Source: Macrostomum hystrix
Taxonomy: Eukaryota; Animalia; Platyhelminthes
DNA length: 64,000 nucleotides
Assembly: GCA_950097015.1 (NCBI GenBank)
Contig: CATNEN010000015.1
Span: forward strand, 2,025,188-2,089,187
Direction of reading: 5' to 3'
The notes under the pieces are model-generated. The model made no database searches and was not told the origin of the DNA. It was given only the letters and a program-made list of their open reading frames with translations. A program made the translations under genes and the position numbers. Position 1 is the stretch's first letter. Every line of letters begins with the position of its first letter. Positions 22,555-37,533 of the stretch are shown piece by piece.

Positions 22555-23407
22555 ATGCTTGTCAGAGTTCTGGTTGCCACCATCTGCAGTGCTGTCCTGA
22601 CTGCGGCGGCGGCTAGGATGGCTCTCTTCTCCTACATCGGCTGCTTCAAGGACAACTATCAAAGCGTCAGAGCGCTGAATGGGCTGCAGGAAGTGAGCAC
22701 ACTTGGTGAATTGGCTTACAAAGATTTGGGCGCCATACGAAGCAACTCCAGCATGTCGCATGAGCTCTGCAGCAAAGTCTGCTCACTCGGCGGATTCCCG
22801 TACTTTGGTGTGCAGTACAGCTACCACTGCTTCTGCGGCCTGTCCTACACGCTCTACGGAGTGGCCAACGAGACAGACTGCAACATGAACTGCTCAGGAA
22901 ACTCGGAACAGAAATGCGGAGGAGCCAACCGTAATTCCGTGTTTGCCCAGTCCTATCCATGTGAGCCATTCATTATCCCGTTAGCTGGACAAAATGTCAA
23001 ACAACTGAGTGTGGAATGCAGCGATAGTTTAGAATGACATTCGACGCATTGCACCATTCTAGGTAATGCAGTGACCCTAACCAAAAAGCCTGACGCATAC
23101 CTTCTGGCAATGTTGAAAGATTTTTGGAAAGAAAGAATCGTTGACTGGTAGGTACTTGCTGCCTTTCAGATAAAGCATTGTTTTTTGTAAGACACCAATG
23201 CCCAGCCTGACGGTCGTGTCAGCGAACGCTTCATTCTGGACACGAGCGGTCAAGATCAGCTTTGAATGCGTTGCTCAGTGCCATGCCAGCGCTGACTGCC
23301 AGGCTGTGATTTTCTCTGAGCAGCAGCAGCTGTGCCACCTGCTCAGCTTTGCCTACCCACCTGCCAGCCTGAGCAGCATTCCCGGAAACTACTACCTGCG
23401 AGGCTGA
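22555..23407 (+). pseudogene. W4: WSC + PAN-like gene (22555-22960, 23170-23407); exon 2 apparently frameshifted by +2 near 23187
   Basis: Exon 1 intact with a phase-1 donor at 22961. From the CTTTCAG acceptor (23169) there are 26 nt rather than 24 before the conserved M/F-P-S-L, so the spliced product would end ..KALFFVRHQCPA*. The indel is beside a T6 run and could be a sequencing error. Confidence 0.7.
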
Positions 23408-26400
23408 GACTGCTACCTGCTTGAATAAGACTAGTACCTGATTGAATGAGACTAGTACCTGATTGAATGAGACTAGTACCTGATTGAATGAGACTAGTAC
23501 CTGATTGAATGAGACTAGTACCTGATTGAATGAGACTAGTACCTGATTGGATGAGACTAGTACCTGATTGGATGAGACTAGTACCTGATTGAATGAGACT
23601 AGTACCTGATTGGATGAGACTAGTACCTGGTTGATTGAGACTAGTACCTGATTGAATGAGACTAGTACCTGATTGGATGAGACTAGTACCTGATTGGATG
23701 AGACTAGTACCTGATTGAATGAGACTAGTACCTGATTGAATGAGACTAGTACCTGATTGAATGAGACTAGTACCTGGTTGAATGAGACTAGTACCTGATT
23801 GAATGAGACTAGTACCTGATTGGATGAGACTAGTACCTGGTTAAATGAGACTAGTACCTGATTGAATGAGACTAGTACCTGATTGGATGAGACTAGTACC
23901 TGATTGGATGAGACTAGTACCTGATTGAATGAGACTAGTACCTGATTGAATGAGACTAGTACCTGATTGGATGAGACTAGTACCTGATTGGATGAGACTA
24001 GTACCTGATTGGATGAGACTAGTACCTGGTTGAATAACACTAGTACCTGATTGAATGAGACTAGTACCTGATTGAATGAGACTAGTACCTGATTTAATGA
24101 GACTAGTACCTGATTGAATGAGACTAGTACCTGATCGAATGACACTAGTACCTGATCGAATGAGACTAGTACCTGATCGAATGAGACTAGTACCTGATTG
24201 AATGAGACTAGTACCTGATCGAATGACACTAGTACCTGATCGAATGAGACTAGTACCTGATTGAATGAGACTAGTACCTGCTTGAATAACACTAGTACCT
24301 GATTGAATGAGACTAGTACCTGCTTGAATGAGACTAGTACCTGATTGAATGAGACTAGTACCTGATCGAATGACACTAGTACCTGATCGAATGAGACTAG
24401 TACCTGATTGAATGAGACTAGTACCTGCTTGAATAACACTAGTACCTGATTGAATGAGACTAGTACCTGCTTGAATAACACTAGTACCTGATTGAATGAG
24501 ACTAGTACCTGCTTGAATAACACTAGTACCTGCTTGAATGAGACTAGTACCTGATTGAATGAGACTAGTACCTGCTTGAATAACACTAGTACCTGATTGA
24601 ATGAGACTAGTACCTGCTTGGATGAGACTAGTACCTGCTTGAATAACACTAGTACCTGATCGAATGAGACTAGTACCTGATTGAATGAGACTAGTACCTG
24701 ATTGGATGAGACTAGTACCTGATTGGATGAGACTAGTACCTGGTTGAATGAGACTAGTACCTGCTTGAATAACACTAGTACCTGATTGGATGAGACTAGT
24801 ACCTGATCGAATGAGACTAGTACCTGATTGAATGAGACTAGTACCTGATTGGATGAGACTAGTACCTGATCGAATGAGACTAGTACCTGATTGAATGAGA
24901 CTAGTACCTGATCGAATGAGACTAGTACCTGATTGGATGAGACTAGTACCTGGTTGAATGAGACTAGTACCTGATTGAATGAGACTAGTACCTGATTGGA
25001 TGAGACTAGTACCTGATTGAATGAGACTAGTACCTGATTGAATGAGACTAGTACCTGGTTGGATGAGACTAGTACCTGATTTAATGAGACTAGTACCTGA
25101 TTGAATGACACTAGTACCTGCTTGAATAACACTAGTACCTGATTGAATGAGACTAGTACCTGATTGAATGAGACTAGTACCTGATCGAATGAGACTAGTA
25201 CCTGATTGGATGAGACTAGTACCTGGTTGAATGAGACTAGTACCTGATTGAATGAGACTAGTACCTGATTGGATGAGACTAGTACCTGATTTAATGAGAC
25301 TAGTACCTGATTGAATGAGACTAGTACCTGGTTGGATGAGACTAGTACCTGATTTAATGAGACTAGTACCTGATTGAATGACACTAGTACCTGGTTGAAT
25401 GAGACTAGTACCTGGTTGAATGAGACTAGTACCTGGTTGAATGAGACTAGTACCTGATTTAATGAGACTAGTACCTGATTGGATGAGACTAGTACCTGGT
25501 TGAATGAGACTAGTACCTGCTTGAATAACACTAGTACCTGATTGAATGAGACTAGTACCTGATCGAATGAGACTAGTACCTGATTGAATGAGACTAGTAC
25601 CTGATCGAATGAGACTAGTACCTGATTGAATGAGACTAGTACCTGATCGAATGAGACTAGTACCTGATTGGATGAGACTAGTACCTGGTTGGATGAGACT
25701 AGTACCTGGTTGAATGAGACTAGTACCTGATTGAATGAGACTAGTACCTGATTGGATGAGACTAGTACCTGCTTGAATGAGACTAGTACCTGCTTGAATA
25801 ACACTAGTACCTGATTGAATGAGACTAGTACCTGCTTGAATAACACTAGTACCTGCTTGAATAACACTAGTACCTGATTGAATGAGACTAGTACCTGATT
25901 TAATGAGACTAGTACCTGATTGAATGAGACTAGTACCTGATTGGATGAGACTAGTACCTGCTTGAATGAGACTAGTACCTGCTTGAATAACACTAGTACC
26001 TGATTGAATGAGACTAGTACCTGATTTAATGAGACTAGTACCTGCTTGAATAACACTAGTACCTGATTTAATGAGACTAGTACCTGATTTAATGAGACTA
26101 GTACCTGATTGAATGAGACTAGTACCTGGTTGAATGAGTCTAGTACCTGATTGAATGAGACTAGTACCTGATTGGATGAGACTAGTACCTGATTGGATGA
26201 GACTAGTACCTGGTTGAATGAGACTAGTACCTGATTTAATGAGACTAGTACCTGATTGAATGAGACTAGTACCTGGTTGAATGAGACTAGTACCTGATTG
26301 AATGAGACTAGTACCTGATTGGATGAGACTAGTACCTGGTTGAATGAGACTAGTACCTGATTGAATGAGACTAGTACCTGATTGGATGAGACTAGTACCT

Positions 26401-29400
26401 GATTGGATGAGACTAGTACCTGATTGAATGAGACTAGTACCTGATTGAATGAGACTAGTACCTGATTGGATGAGACTAGTACCTGATTGGATGAGACTAG
26501 TACCTGGTTGAATGAGACTAGTACCTGCTTGAATAACACTAGTACCTGATTGAATGAGACTAGTACCTGATCGAATGAGACTAGTACCTGATTGAATGAG
26601 ACTAGTACCTGATTGAATGAGACTAGTACCTGATTGGATGAGACTAGTACCTGATTGGATGAGACTAGTACCTGATTGGATGAGACTAGTACCTGATTGA
26701 ATGAGACTAGTACCTGCTTGAATGAGACTAGTACCTGATTGAATGAGACTAGTACCTGATTGAATGAGACTAGTACCTGATTTAATGAGACTAGTACCTG
26801 ATTGAATGAGACTAGTACCTGATCGAATGACACTAGTACCTGATTGAATGAGACTAGTACCTGCTTGAATGAGACTAGTACCTGCTTGAATAACACTAGT
26901 ACCTGATTGAATGAGACTAGTACCTGCTTGAATGAGACTAGTACCTGATTGAATAACACTAGTACCTGATTGAATGAGACTAGTACCTGATTGAATGAGA
27001 CTAGTACCTGCTTGAATAACACTAGTACCTGATTGAATGAGACTAGTACCTGATTGAATGAGACTAGTACCTGCTTGAATAACACTAGTACCTGATTGAA
27101 TGAGACTAGTACCTGCTTGAATAACACTAGTACCTGATTGAATGAGACTAGTACCTGCTTGAATAACACTAGTACCTGATTGAATGAGACTAGTACCTGC
27201 TTGAATGAGACTAGTACCTGCTTGAATAACACTAGTACCTGATTGAATGAGACTAGTACCTGATTGAATGAGACTAGTACCTGATTGAATGAGACTAGTA
27301 CCTGCTTGAATAACACTAGTACCTGATTGAATGAGACTAGTACCTGGTTGAATGAGACTAGTACCTGCTTGAATAACACTAGTACCTGATCGAATGAGAC
27401 TAGTACCTGATTGAATGAGACTAGTACCTGCTTGAATAACACTAGTACCTGATTGAATGAGACTAGTACCTGGTTGAATGAGACTAGTACCTGCTTGAAT
27501 AACACTAGTACCTGATCGAATGAGACTAGTACCTGATTGAATGAGACTAGTACCTGATCGAATGAGACTAGTACCTGATTGAATGAGACTAGTACCTGAT
27601 CGAATGACACTAGTACCTGATCGAATGAGACTAGTACCTGATTGAATGAGACTAGTACCTGCTTGAATAACACTAGTACCTGATTGAATGAGACTAGTAC
27701 CTGCTTGAATGAGACTAGTACCTGATTGAATGAGACTAGTACCTGCTTGAATAACACTAGTACCTGATTGAATGAGACTAGTACCTGATCGAATGACACT
27801 AGTACCTGATCGAATGAGACTAGTACCTGATTGAATGAGACTAGTACCTGATCGAATGACACTAGTACCTGATCGAATGAGACTAGTACCTGATCGAATG
27901 AGACTAGTACCTGATTGAATGAGACTAGTACCTGATCGAATGACACTAGTACCTGATCGAATGAGACTAGTACCTGATTGAATGAGACTAGTACCTGCTT
28001 GAATAACACTAGTACCTGATTGAATGAGACTAGTACCTGCTTGAATGAGACTAGTACCTGATTGAATGAGACTAGTACCTGGTTGAATGAGACTAGTACC
28101 TGGTTGAATGAGACTAGTACCTGCTTGAATAACACTAGTACCTGATTGAATGAGACTAGTACCTGATTGAATGAGACTAGTACCTGATCGAATGAGACTA
28201 GTACCTGATTGGATGAGACTAGTACCTGATTGGATGAGACTAGTACCTGATTGAATGAGACTAGTACCTGCTTGAATGAGACTAGTACCTGATTGAATGA
28301 GACTAGTACCTGATTGAATGAGACTAGTACCTGATTTAATGAGACTAGTACCTGATTGAATGAGACTAGTACCTGATCGAATGACACTAGTACCTGATCG
28401 AATGAGACTAGTACCTGATTGAATGAGACTAGTACCTGCTTGAATAACACTAGTACCTGATTGAATGAGACTAGTACCTGATTGAATGAGACTAGTACCT
28501 GATCGAATGAGACTAGTACCTGATTGAATGAGACTAGTACCTGATCGAATGACACTAGTACCTGCTTGAATGAGACTAGTACCTGATTGAATAAGACTAG
28601 TACCTGCTTGAATAACACTAGTACCTGATTGAATGAGACTAGTACCTGCTTGAATGAGACTAGTACCTGATTGAATGAGACTAGTACCTGCTTGAATGAG
28701 ACTAGTACCTGATTGAATGAGACTAGTACCTGCTTGAATAACACTAGTACCTGATTTAATGAGACTAGTACCTGATTGAATGAGACTAGTACCTGCTTGA
28801 ATGAGACTAGTACCTGCTTGAATAACACTAGTACCTGATTGAATGAGACTAGTACCTGCTTGAATGAGACTAGTACCTGATTGAATGAGACTAGTACCTG
28901 ATTGAATGAGACTAGTACCTGATTTAATGAGACTAGTACCTGATTGAATGAGACTAGTACCTGATCGAATGACACTAGTACCTGATCGAATGAGACTAGT
29001 ACCTGATTGAATGAGACTAGTACCTGATCGAATGAGACTAGTACCTGATTGAATGAGACTAGTACCTGATCGAATGACACTAGTACCTGATCGAATGAGA
29101 CTAGTACCTGATTGAATGAGACTAGTACCTGATCGAATGAGACTAGTACCTGATTGAATGAGACTAGTACCTGCTTGAATAACACTAGTACCTGATTGAA
29201 TGAGACTAGTACCTGATTGAATGAGACTAGTACCTGATCGAATGAGACTAGTACCTGATTGAATGAGACTAGTACCTGATCGAATGACACTAGTACCTGA
29301 TCGAATGAGACTAGTACCTGATTGAATGAGACTAGTACCTGCTTGAATAACACTAGTACCTGATTGAATGAGACTAGTACCTGATTGAATGAGACTAGTA

Positions 29401-32400
29401 CCTGCTTGAATAACACTAGTACCTGATTGAATGAGACTAGTACCTGATTGAATGAGACTAGTACCTGATCGAATGAGACTAGTACCTGATTGAATGAGAC
29501 TAGTACCTGATCGAATGACACTAGTACCTGATCGAATGAGACTAGTACCTGATTGAATGAGACTAGTACCTGCTTGAATAACACTAGTACCTGATTGAAT
29601 GAGACTAGTACCTGATTGAATGAGACTAGTACCTGCTTGAATAACACTAGTACCTGCTTGAATGAGACTAGTACCTGATTGAATGAGACTAGTACCTGCT
29701 TGAATAACACTAGTACCTGATTGAATGAGACTAGTACCTGCTTGAATAACACTAGTACCTGATTGAATGAGACTAGTACCTGCTTGAATGAGACTAGTAC
29801 CTGCTTGAATAACACTAGTACCTGATTGAATGAGACTAGTACCTGATCGAATGAGACTAGTACCTGATTGAATGAGACTAGTACCTGATCGAATGACACT
29901 AGTACCTGATCGAATGAGACTAGTACCTGATTGAATGAGACTAGTACCTGCTTGAATAACACTAGTACCTGATTGAATGAGACTAGTACCTGCTTGAATG
30001 AGACTAGTACCTGATTGAATGAGACTAGTACCTGCTTGAATAACACTAGTACCTGATTGAATGAGACTAGTACCTGCTTGAATAACACTAGTACCTGATT
30101 GAATGAGACTAGTACCTGCTTGAATAACACTAGTACCTGATTGAATGAGACTAGTACCTGATCGAATGACACTAGTACCTGATCGAATGAGACTAGTACC
30201 TGATTGAATGAGACTAGTACCTGCTTGAATAACACTAGTACCTGGTTGAATGAGACTAGTACCTGCTTGAATAACACTAGTACCTGATTGAATGAGACTA
30301 GTACCTGCTTGAATAACACTAGTACCTGATTGAATAACACTAGTACCTGCTTGAATAACACTAGTACCTGATCGAATGAGACTAGTACCTGATTGAATGA
30401 GACTAGTACCTGCTTGAATAACACTAGTACCTGATTGAATGAGACTAGTACCTGCTTGAATGAGACTAGTACCTGCTTGAATAACACTAGTACCTGATTG
30501 AATGAGACTAGTACCTGCTTGAATGAGACTAGTACCTGCTTGAATAACACTAGTACCTGATCGAATGAGACTAGTACCTGCTTGAATGAGACTAGTACCT
30601 GCTTGAATAACACTAGTACCTGATTGAATGAGACTAGTACCTGCTTGAATAACACTAGTACCTGATTGAATGAGACTAGTACCTGCTTGAATGAGACTAG
30701 TACCTGCTTGAATAACACTAGTACCTGATCGAATGAGACTAGTACCTGATTGAATGAGACTAGTACCTGCTTGAATAACACTAGTACCTGATTGAATGAG
30801 ACTAGTACCTGCTTGAATGAGACTAGTACCTGCTTGAATAACACTAGTACCTGATCGAATGAGACTAGTACCTGATTGAATGAGACTAGTACCTGCTTGA
30901 ATAACACTAGTACCTGATTGAATGAGACTAGTACCTGATTGAATGAGACTAGTACCTGATCGAATGAGACTAGTACCTGATTGAATGAGACTAGTACCTG
31001 ATCGAATGACACTAGTACCTGATCGAATGAGACTAGTACCTGATTGAATGAGACTAGTACCTGCTTGAATAACACTAGTACCTGATTGAATGAGACTAGT
31101 ACCTGCTTGAATGAGACTAGTACCTGATTGAATGAGACTAGTACCTGCTTGAATAACACTAGTACCTGATTGAATGAGACTAGTACCTGCTTGAATGAGA
31201 CTAGTACCTGCTTGAATAACACTAGTACCTGATTGAATGAGACTAGTACCTGATTTAATGAGACTAGTACCTGATTGAATGAGACTAGTACCTGCTTGAA
31301 TGAGACTAGTACCTGCTTGAATAACACTAGTACCTGATTGAATGAGACTAGTACCTGCTTGAATGAGACTAGTACCTGCTTGAATAACACTAGTACCTGA
31401 TCGAATGAGACTAGTACCTGATTGAATGAGACTAGTACCTGCTTGAATAACACTAGTACCTGATTGAATGAGACTAGTACCTGGTTGAATGAGACTAGTA
31501 CCTGCTTGAATGAGACTAGTACCTGATCGAATGAGACTAGTACCTGATTGAATGAGACTAGTACCTGCTTGAATGAGACTAGTACCTGATTGAATAACAC
31601 TAGTACCTGATTGAATGAGACTAGTACCTGCTTGAATGAGACTAGTACCTGCTTGAATGAGACTAGTACCTGCTTGAATAACACTAGTACCTGCTTGAAT
31701 AACACTAGTACCTGATTGAATGAGACTAGTACCTGCTTGAATGAGACTAGTACCTGCTTGAATAACACTAGTACCTGATTGAATGAGACTAGTACCTGCT
31801 TGAATAACACTAGTACCTGATTGAATGAGACTAGTACCTGCTTGAATGAGACTAGTACCTGCTTGAATAACACTAGTACCTGCTTGAATGAGACTAGTAC
31901 CTGATTGAATGAGACTAGTAACTGCTTGAATAACACTAGTACCTGATTGAATGAGACTAGTACCTGATCGAATGACACTAGTACCTGATCGAATGAGACT
32001 AGTACCTGATTGAATGAGACTAGTACCTGCTTGAATAACACTAGTACCTGATTGAATGAGACTAGTACCTGCTTGAATGAGACTAGTACCTGATTGAATG
32101 AGACTAGTACCTGCTTGAATAACACTAGTACCTGATTGAATGAGACTAGTACCTGATCGAATGACACTAGTACCTGATCGAATGAGACTAGTACCTGATT
32201 GAATGAGACTAGTACCTGCTTGAATAACACTAGTACCTGATTGAATGAGACTAGTACCTGCTTGAATGAGACTAGTACCTGCTTGAATAACACTAGTACC
32301 TGATTGAATGAGACTAGTACCTGCTTGAATAACACTAGTACCTGATTGAATGAGACTAGTACCTGATCGAATGACACTAGTACCTGATCGAATGAGACTA

Positions 32401-35400
32401 GTACCTGATTGAATGAGACTAGTACCTGCTTGAATGAGACTAGTACCTGCTTGAATGAGACTAGTACCTGCTTGGATGAGACTAGTACCTGCTTGAATGA
32501 GACTAGTACCTGCTTGAATGAGACTAGTACCTGCTTGAATGAGACTAGTACCTGCTTGAATAACACTAGTACCTGATTGAATGAGACTAGTACCTGCTTG
32601 AATGAGACTAGTACCTGCTTGAATAACACTAGTACCTGATTGAATGAGACTAGTACCTGATCGAATGAGACTAGTACCTGATTGAATGAGACTAGTACCT
32701 GCTTGAATAACACTAGTACCTGATTGAATGAGACTAGTACCTGGTTGAATGAGACTAGTACCTGCTTGAATAACACTAGTACCTGATCGAATGAGACTAG
32801 TACCTGATTGAATGAGACTAGTACCTGATCGAATGAGACTAGTACCTGATTGAATGAGACTAGTACCTGATCGAATGACACTAGTACCTGATCGAATGAG
32901 ACTAGTACCTGATTGAATGAGACTAGTACCTGCTTGAATAACACTAGTACCTGATTGAATGAGACTAGTACCTGATTGAATGAGACTAGTACCTGATTGA
33001 ATGAGACTAGTACCTGCTTGAATAACACTAGTACCTGATTGAATGAGACTAGTACCTGATCGAATGACACTAGTACCTGATTGAATGAGACTAGTACCTG
33101 ATTGAATGAGACTAGTACCTGATTGAATGAGACTAGTACCTGCTTGAATAACACTAGTACCTGATTGAATGAGACTAGTACCTGATCGAATAACACTAGT
33201 ACCTGATTGAATGAGACTAGTACCTGCTTGAATAACACTAGTACCTGATTGAATGAGACTAGTACCTGATTGAATGAGACTAGTACCTGATTGAATGAGA
33301 CTAGTACCTGCTTGAATAACACTAGTACCTGATTGAATGAGACTAGTACCTGCTTGAATGAGACTAGTACCTGCTTGAATAACACTAGTACCTGCTTGAA
33401 TGAGACTAGTACCTGATTGAATGACACTAGTACCTGATCGAATGAGACTAGTACCTGCTTGAATGAGACTAGTACCTGCTTGAATAACACTAGTACCTGA
33501 TTGAATGAGACTAGTACCTGATCGAATGACACTAGTACCTGATCGAATGAGACTAGTACCTGATTGAATGAGACTAGTACCTGCTTGAATAACACTAGTA
33601 CCTGATCGAATGACACTAGTACCTGATCGAATGAGACTAGTACCTGATTGAATGAGACTAGTACCTGCTTGAATAACACTAGTACCTGATTGAATGAGAC
33701 TAGTACCTGCTTGAATAACACTAGTACCTGATTGAATGAGACTAGTACCTGCTTGAATGAGACTAGTACCTGCTTGAATAACACTAGTACCTGATTGAAT
33801 GAGACTAGTACCTGCTTGAATGAGACTAGTACCTGCTTGAATAACACTAGTACCTGATTGAATGAGACTAGTACCTGCTTGAATGAGACTAGTACCTGCT
33901 TGAATAACACTAGTACCTGATTGAATGAGACTAGTACCTGATCGAATGACACTAGTACCTGATCGAATGAGACTAGTACCTGATTGAATGAGACTAGTAC
34001 CTGCTTGAATAACACTAGTACCTGATCGAATGACACTAGTACCTGATCGAATGAGACTAGTACCTGATCGAATGACACTAGTACCTGATCGAATGAGACT
34101 AGTACCTGATTGAATGAGACTAGTACCTGATCGAATGACACTAGTACCTGATCGAATGAGACTAGTACCTGATCGAATGACACTAGTACCTGATCGAATG
34201 ACACTAGTACCTGATCGAATGAGACTAGTACCTGATTGAATGAGACTAGTACCTGATCGAATGACACTAGTACCTGATTGAATGAGACTAGTACCTGATC
34301 GAATGACACTAGTACCTGATCGAATGAGACTAGTACCTGATTGAATGAGACTAGTACCTGCTTGAATAACACTAGTACCTGATTGAATGACACTAGTACC
34401 TGCTTGAATAACACTAGTACCTGATTGAATGAGACTAGTACCTGATTGAATGAGACTAGTACCTGATTGAATGAGACTAGTACCTGCTTGAATAACACTA
34501 GTACCTGATTGAATGAGACTAGTACCTGCTTGAATGAGACTAGTACCTGCTTGAATAACACTAGTACCTGATTGAATGAGACTAGTACCTGCTTGAATGA
34601 GACTAGTACCTGCTTGAATAACACTAGTACCTGATTGAATGAGACTAGTACCTGCTTGAATAACACTAGTACCTGATTGAATGAGACTAGTACCTGCTTG
34701 AATAACACTAGTACCTGATTGAATGAGACTATTACCTGATCGAATGACACTAGTACCTGATCGAATGAGACTAGTACCTGATTGAATGAGACTAGTACCT
34801 GCTTGAATAACACTAGTACCTGATTGAATGAGACTAGTACCTGATTGAATGAGACTAGTACCTGCTTGAATAACACTAGTACCTGATTGAATGAGACTAG
34901 TACCTGATCGAATGACACTAGTACCTGATCGAATGAGACTAGTACCTGATTGAATGAGACTAGTACCTGCTTGAATAACACTAGTACCTGATTGAATGAG
35001 ACTAGTACCTGCTTGAATGAGACTAGTACCTGATTGAATGAGACTAGTACCTGCTTGAATAACACTAGTACCTGATTGAATGAGACTAGTACCTGATCGA
35101 ATGACACTAGTACCTGATCGAATGAGACTAGTACCTGATTGAATGAGACTAGTACCTGCTTGAATAACACTAGTACCTGATTGAATGAGACTAGTACCTG
35201 CTTGAATGAGACTAGTACCTGCTTGAATAACACTAGTACCTGATTGAATGAGACTAGTACCTGCTTGAATAACACTAGTACCTGATTGAATGAGACTTGT
35301 ACCTGCTTGAATGAGACTAGTACCTGCTTGAATGAGACTAGTACCTGCTTGAATAACACTAGTACCTGATTGAATGAGACTAGTACCTGATTGAATGAGA

Positions 35401-35533
35401 CTAGTACCTGATTGAATGAGACTAGTACCTGATTGAATGAGACTAGTACCTGCTTGAATGAGACTAGTACCTGCTTGAATGAGACTAGTACCTGCTTGAA
35501 TGAGACTAGTACCTGATTGAATGAGACTACTAC
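23384..35533 (+). repeat. 12.1-kb array of the 21-bp stop-codon minisatellite, diverged consensus GAGACTAGTACCTGATTGAAT, ~580 units
   Basis: Starts at the W4 terminal codons (GGAAACTACTACCTGCGAGGCTGA) and changes to the new consensus within two units. 21-bp phase is kept throughout. Confidence 0.97.
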
Positions 35534-35878
35534 CCACAGATTCTATATCACAGGTAATATAGAATCTGTGCTACTACCTGCTTCGAGTCACCATTGTGAA
35601 ATGAGCATGCTTAAAGTGCATTCACAAATTGCGTCTGAAACTTTAATTTAATCAGTTAGACGAGACTCATACCTATTTACCTTGCGTAAAACGCTAAGCG
35701 TCATCAATACTCTAAAGCAGTACTTTCTGTTCTCTGCTCCACTGTTCGTCAGCAGTTTTACTTTGCTACGTTCTCGAGAAAAGTCAGATGGCCAACAATC
35801 AGCCAGTAATTGACAGGTACAATAATTCATTGCTCCTAAAACATCAATAAATTTTCATTTATTTGCATAAGCCTGCAT

Positions 35879-36037
35879 AGATCCCAACCACTTCCAGAAT
35901 CCCAACCACTTTCAGAATCCCAACCACTTTCAGAATCCCAACCACTTTCAGAATCCCAACCACTTTCAGAATCCCAACCACTTTCAGAATCCCAACCACT
36001 TTCAGAATCCCAACCACTTTCAGAATCCCAACCACTT
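35879..36037. repeat. 18-bp minisatellite (CAGAATCCCAACCACTTT), ~9 copies
   Basis: Direct copies. About 1.5 copies occur in opposite orientation at ~4873-4898 in the W1 flank. Confidence 0.92.
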
Positions 36038-36943
36038 GAGTTATAGGTACCTGCAAGAGTTTTAGGTATTCAGAAGCCATTGGGAACGGGACACCTTTCT
36101 AATTAGGTTTGGACGTTTCATACACTGTTCAAAAATTCTCAACTGCAGAAATCTGTTGGGATATTTTGAACTCACAGGTACGAGTGTCACCTGAATCAGA
36201 ACTCAAAGTTATTTATCGCAATGTCTGTCACCCTGTATGATGGCTTAGTGAAGTTCTTTGTGATCTTTTATGATTGTGCGTGCGCTTGTCGTGTTGTGTG
36301 TGACTTATCCCAGAAGCAATTGACAGGTGAGACAAAATGCCTTTGTAATTTTGTAATATGCAATTTTCTCGTTGTCAAGAAAGTCGCTTTGCTTTCAGAT
36401 AAGAAGAGGAAAATGAAATGACAACACCCTCAAGTGCTCACCAGCGTGATATCTGACAAACTGACATTCGCTAAGTGACAGACTTTGACAGCTTAAGATG
36501 TACTATAATGAGTAGTAATTGTAAAAAGGCAGATTTTCTCGGGGAAAAACACTAGCGAGGTAGAAAATTTTCACTTTTTCACATTAAAATGTAAATAAAT
36601 TCATATCGGAAGCAGATCCAATGCATTTATTTAAGCACAACTTTCAAAACATGATGCTTCAACGATTTAAAAAAAGCATCAATTATGAATATTGATATTC
36701 ATTTTATTTAACAAAATAAATATATTTAATGCCTTTATAATAAATTTTCCAAGAAACGAAATGTCGCTTCCTTCCTCTAGTGGTCCTATGGTTTTCACTC
36801 ACATCGCGACAATTTACTTGCAATTTTTCGAAAAATACAAAACTCACACTCGTCCTTGACAACTGAACTTACAACAAGCACTATTTTACGATTCAGTCTG
36901 TAACACTGTTCAGATTGAGGACTGGAGGCATGAGCTCCTAAAT

Positions 36944-37533
36944 AGACAGGTGAGCTGAAGGGACACGTGAGCTGAAGGGACAGGTGAGCTGAAGGGACAG
37001 GTGAGCTGAAGGGACAGGTGAGCTGAAGGGACAGGTGAGCTGAAGGGACAGGTGAGCTTAAGGGACAGGTGAGCTGAAGGGACAGGTGAGCTGAAGGGAC
37101 ACGTGAGCTGAAGGGACAGGTGAGCTGAAGTGACAGGTGAGCTGAAGGGACACGTGAGCTGAAGGGACAGGTGAGCTGAAGTGACAGGTGAGCTGAAGGG
37201 ACACGTGAGCTGAAGGGACAGGTGAGCTTAAGGGACACGTGAGCTGAAGGGACAGGTGAGCTGAAGGGACAGGTTAGCTGAAGGGACAGGTGAGCAGATT
37301 GGACAGGTGAGCTGAAGGGACAGGTGAGCTGAAGGGACAGGTGAGTAGATTGGACAGGTGAGCTGAAGGGACAGGTGAGCTGAAGGGACAGGTGAGCAGA
37401 TTGGACAGGCGAGCTGAAGGGACAGGTGAGCTGAAGGGACAGGTGAGTAGATTGGACAGGTGAGCTGAAGGGACAGGTGAGCTGAAGGGACAGGTGAGCA
37501 GATTGGACAGGCGAGCTGAAGGGACAGCTGAGC
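36944..37533. repeat. 17-bp satellite (GACAGGTGAGCTGAAGG), ~35 units
   Basis: Same family as 5521-6196. Confidence 0.95.

Noticed and set aside
23231-35537. 4042-aa and 3898-aa minus-strand ORFs
   Set aside because: They are two stop-free frames of the 21-bp satellite's reverse strand (FNQVLVS / IQSGTSL repeats), called from non-ATG starts, and antisense to W4. No evidence of a real protein.
36180-36790. Possible transposon ending in TCTAGTG near 36783
   Set aside because: No matching left terminus or target-site duplication found.
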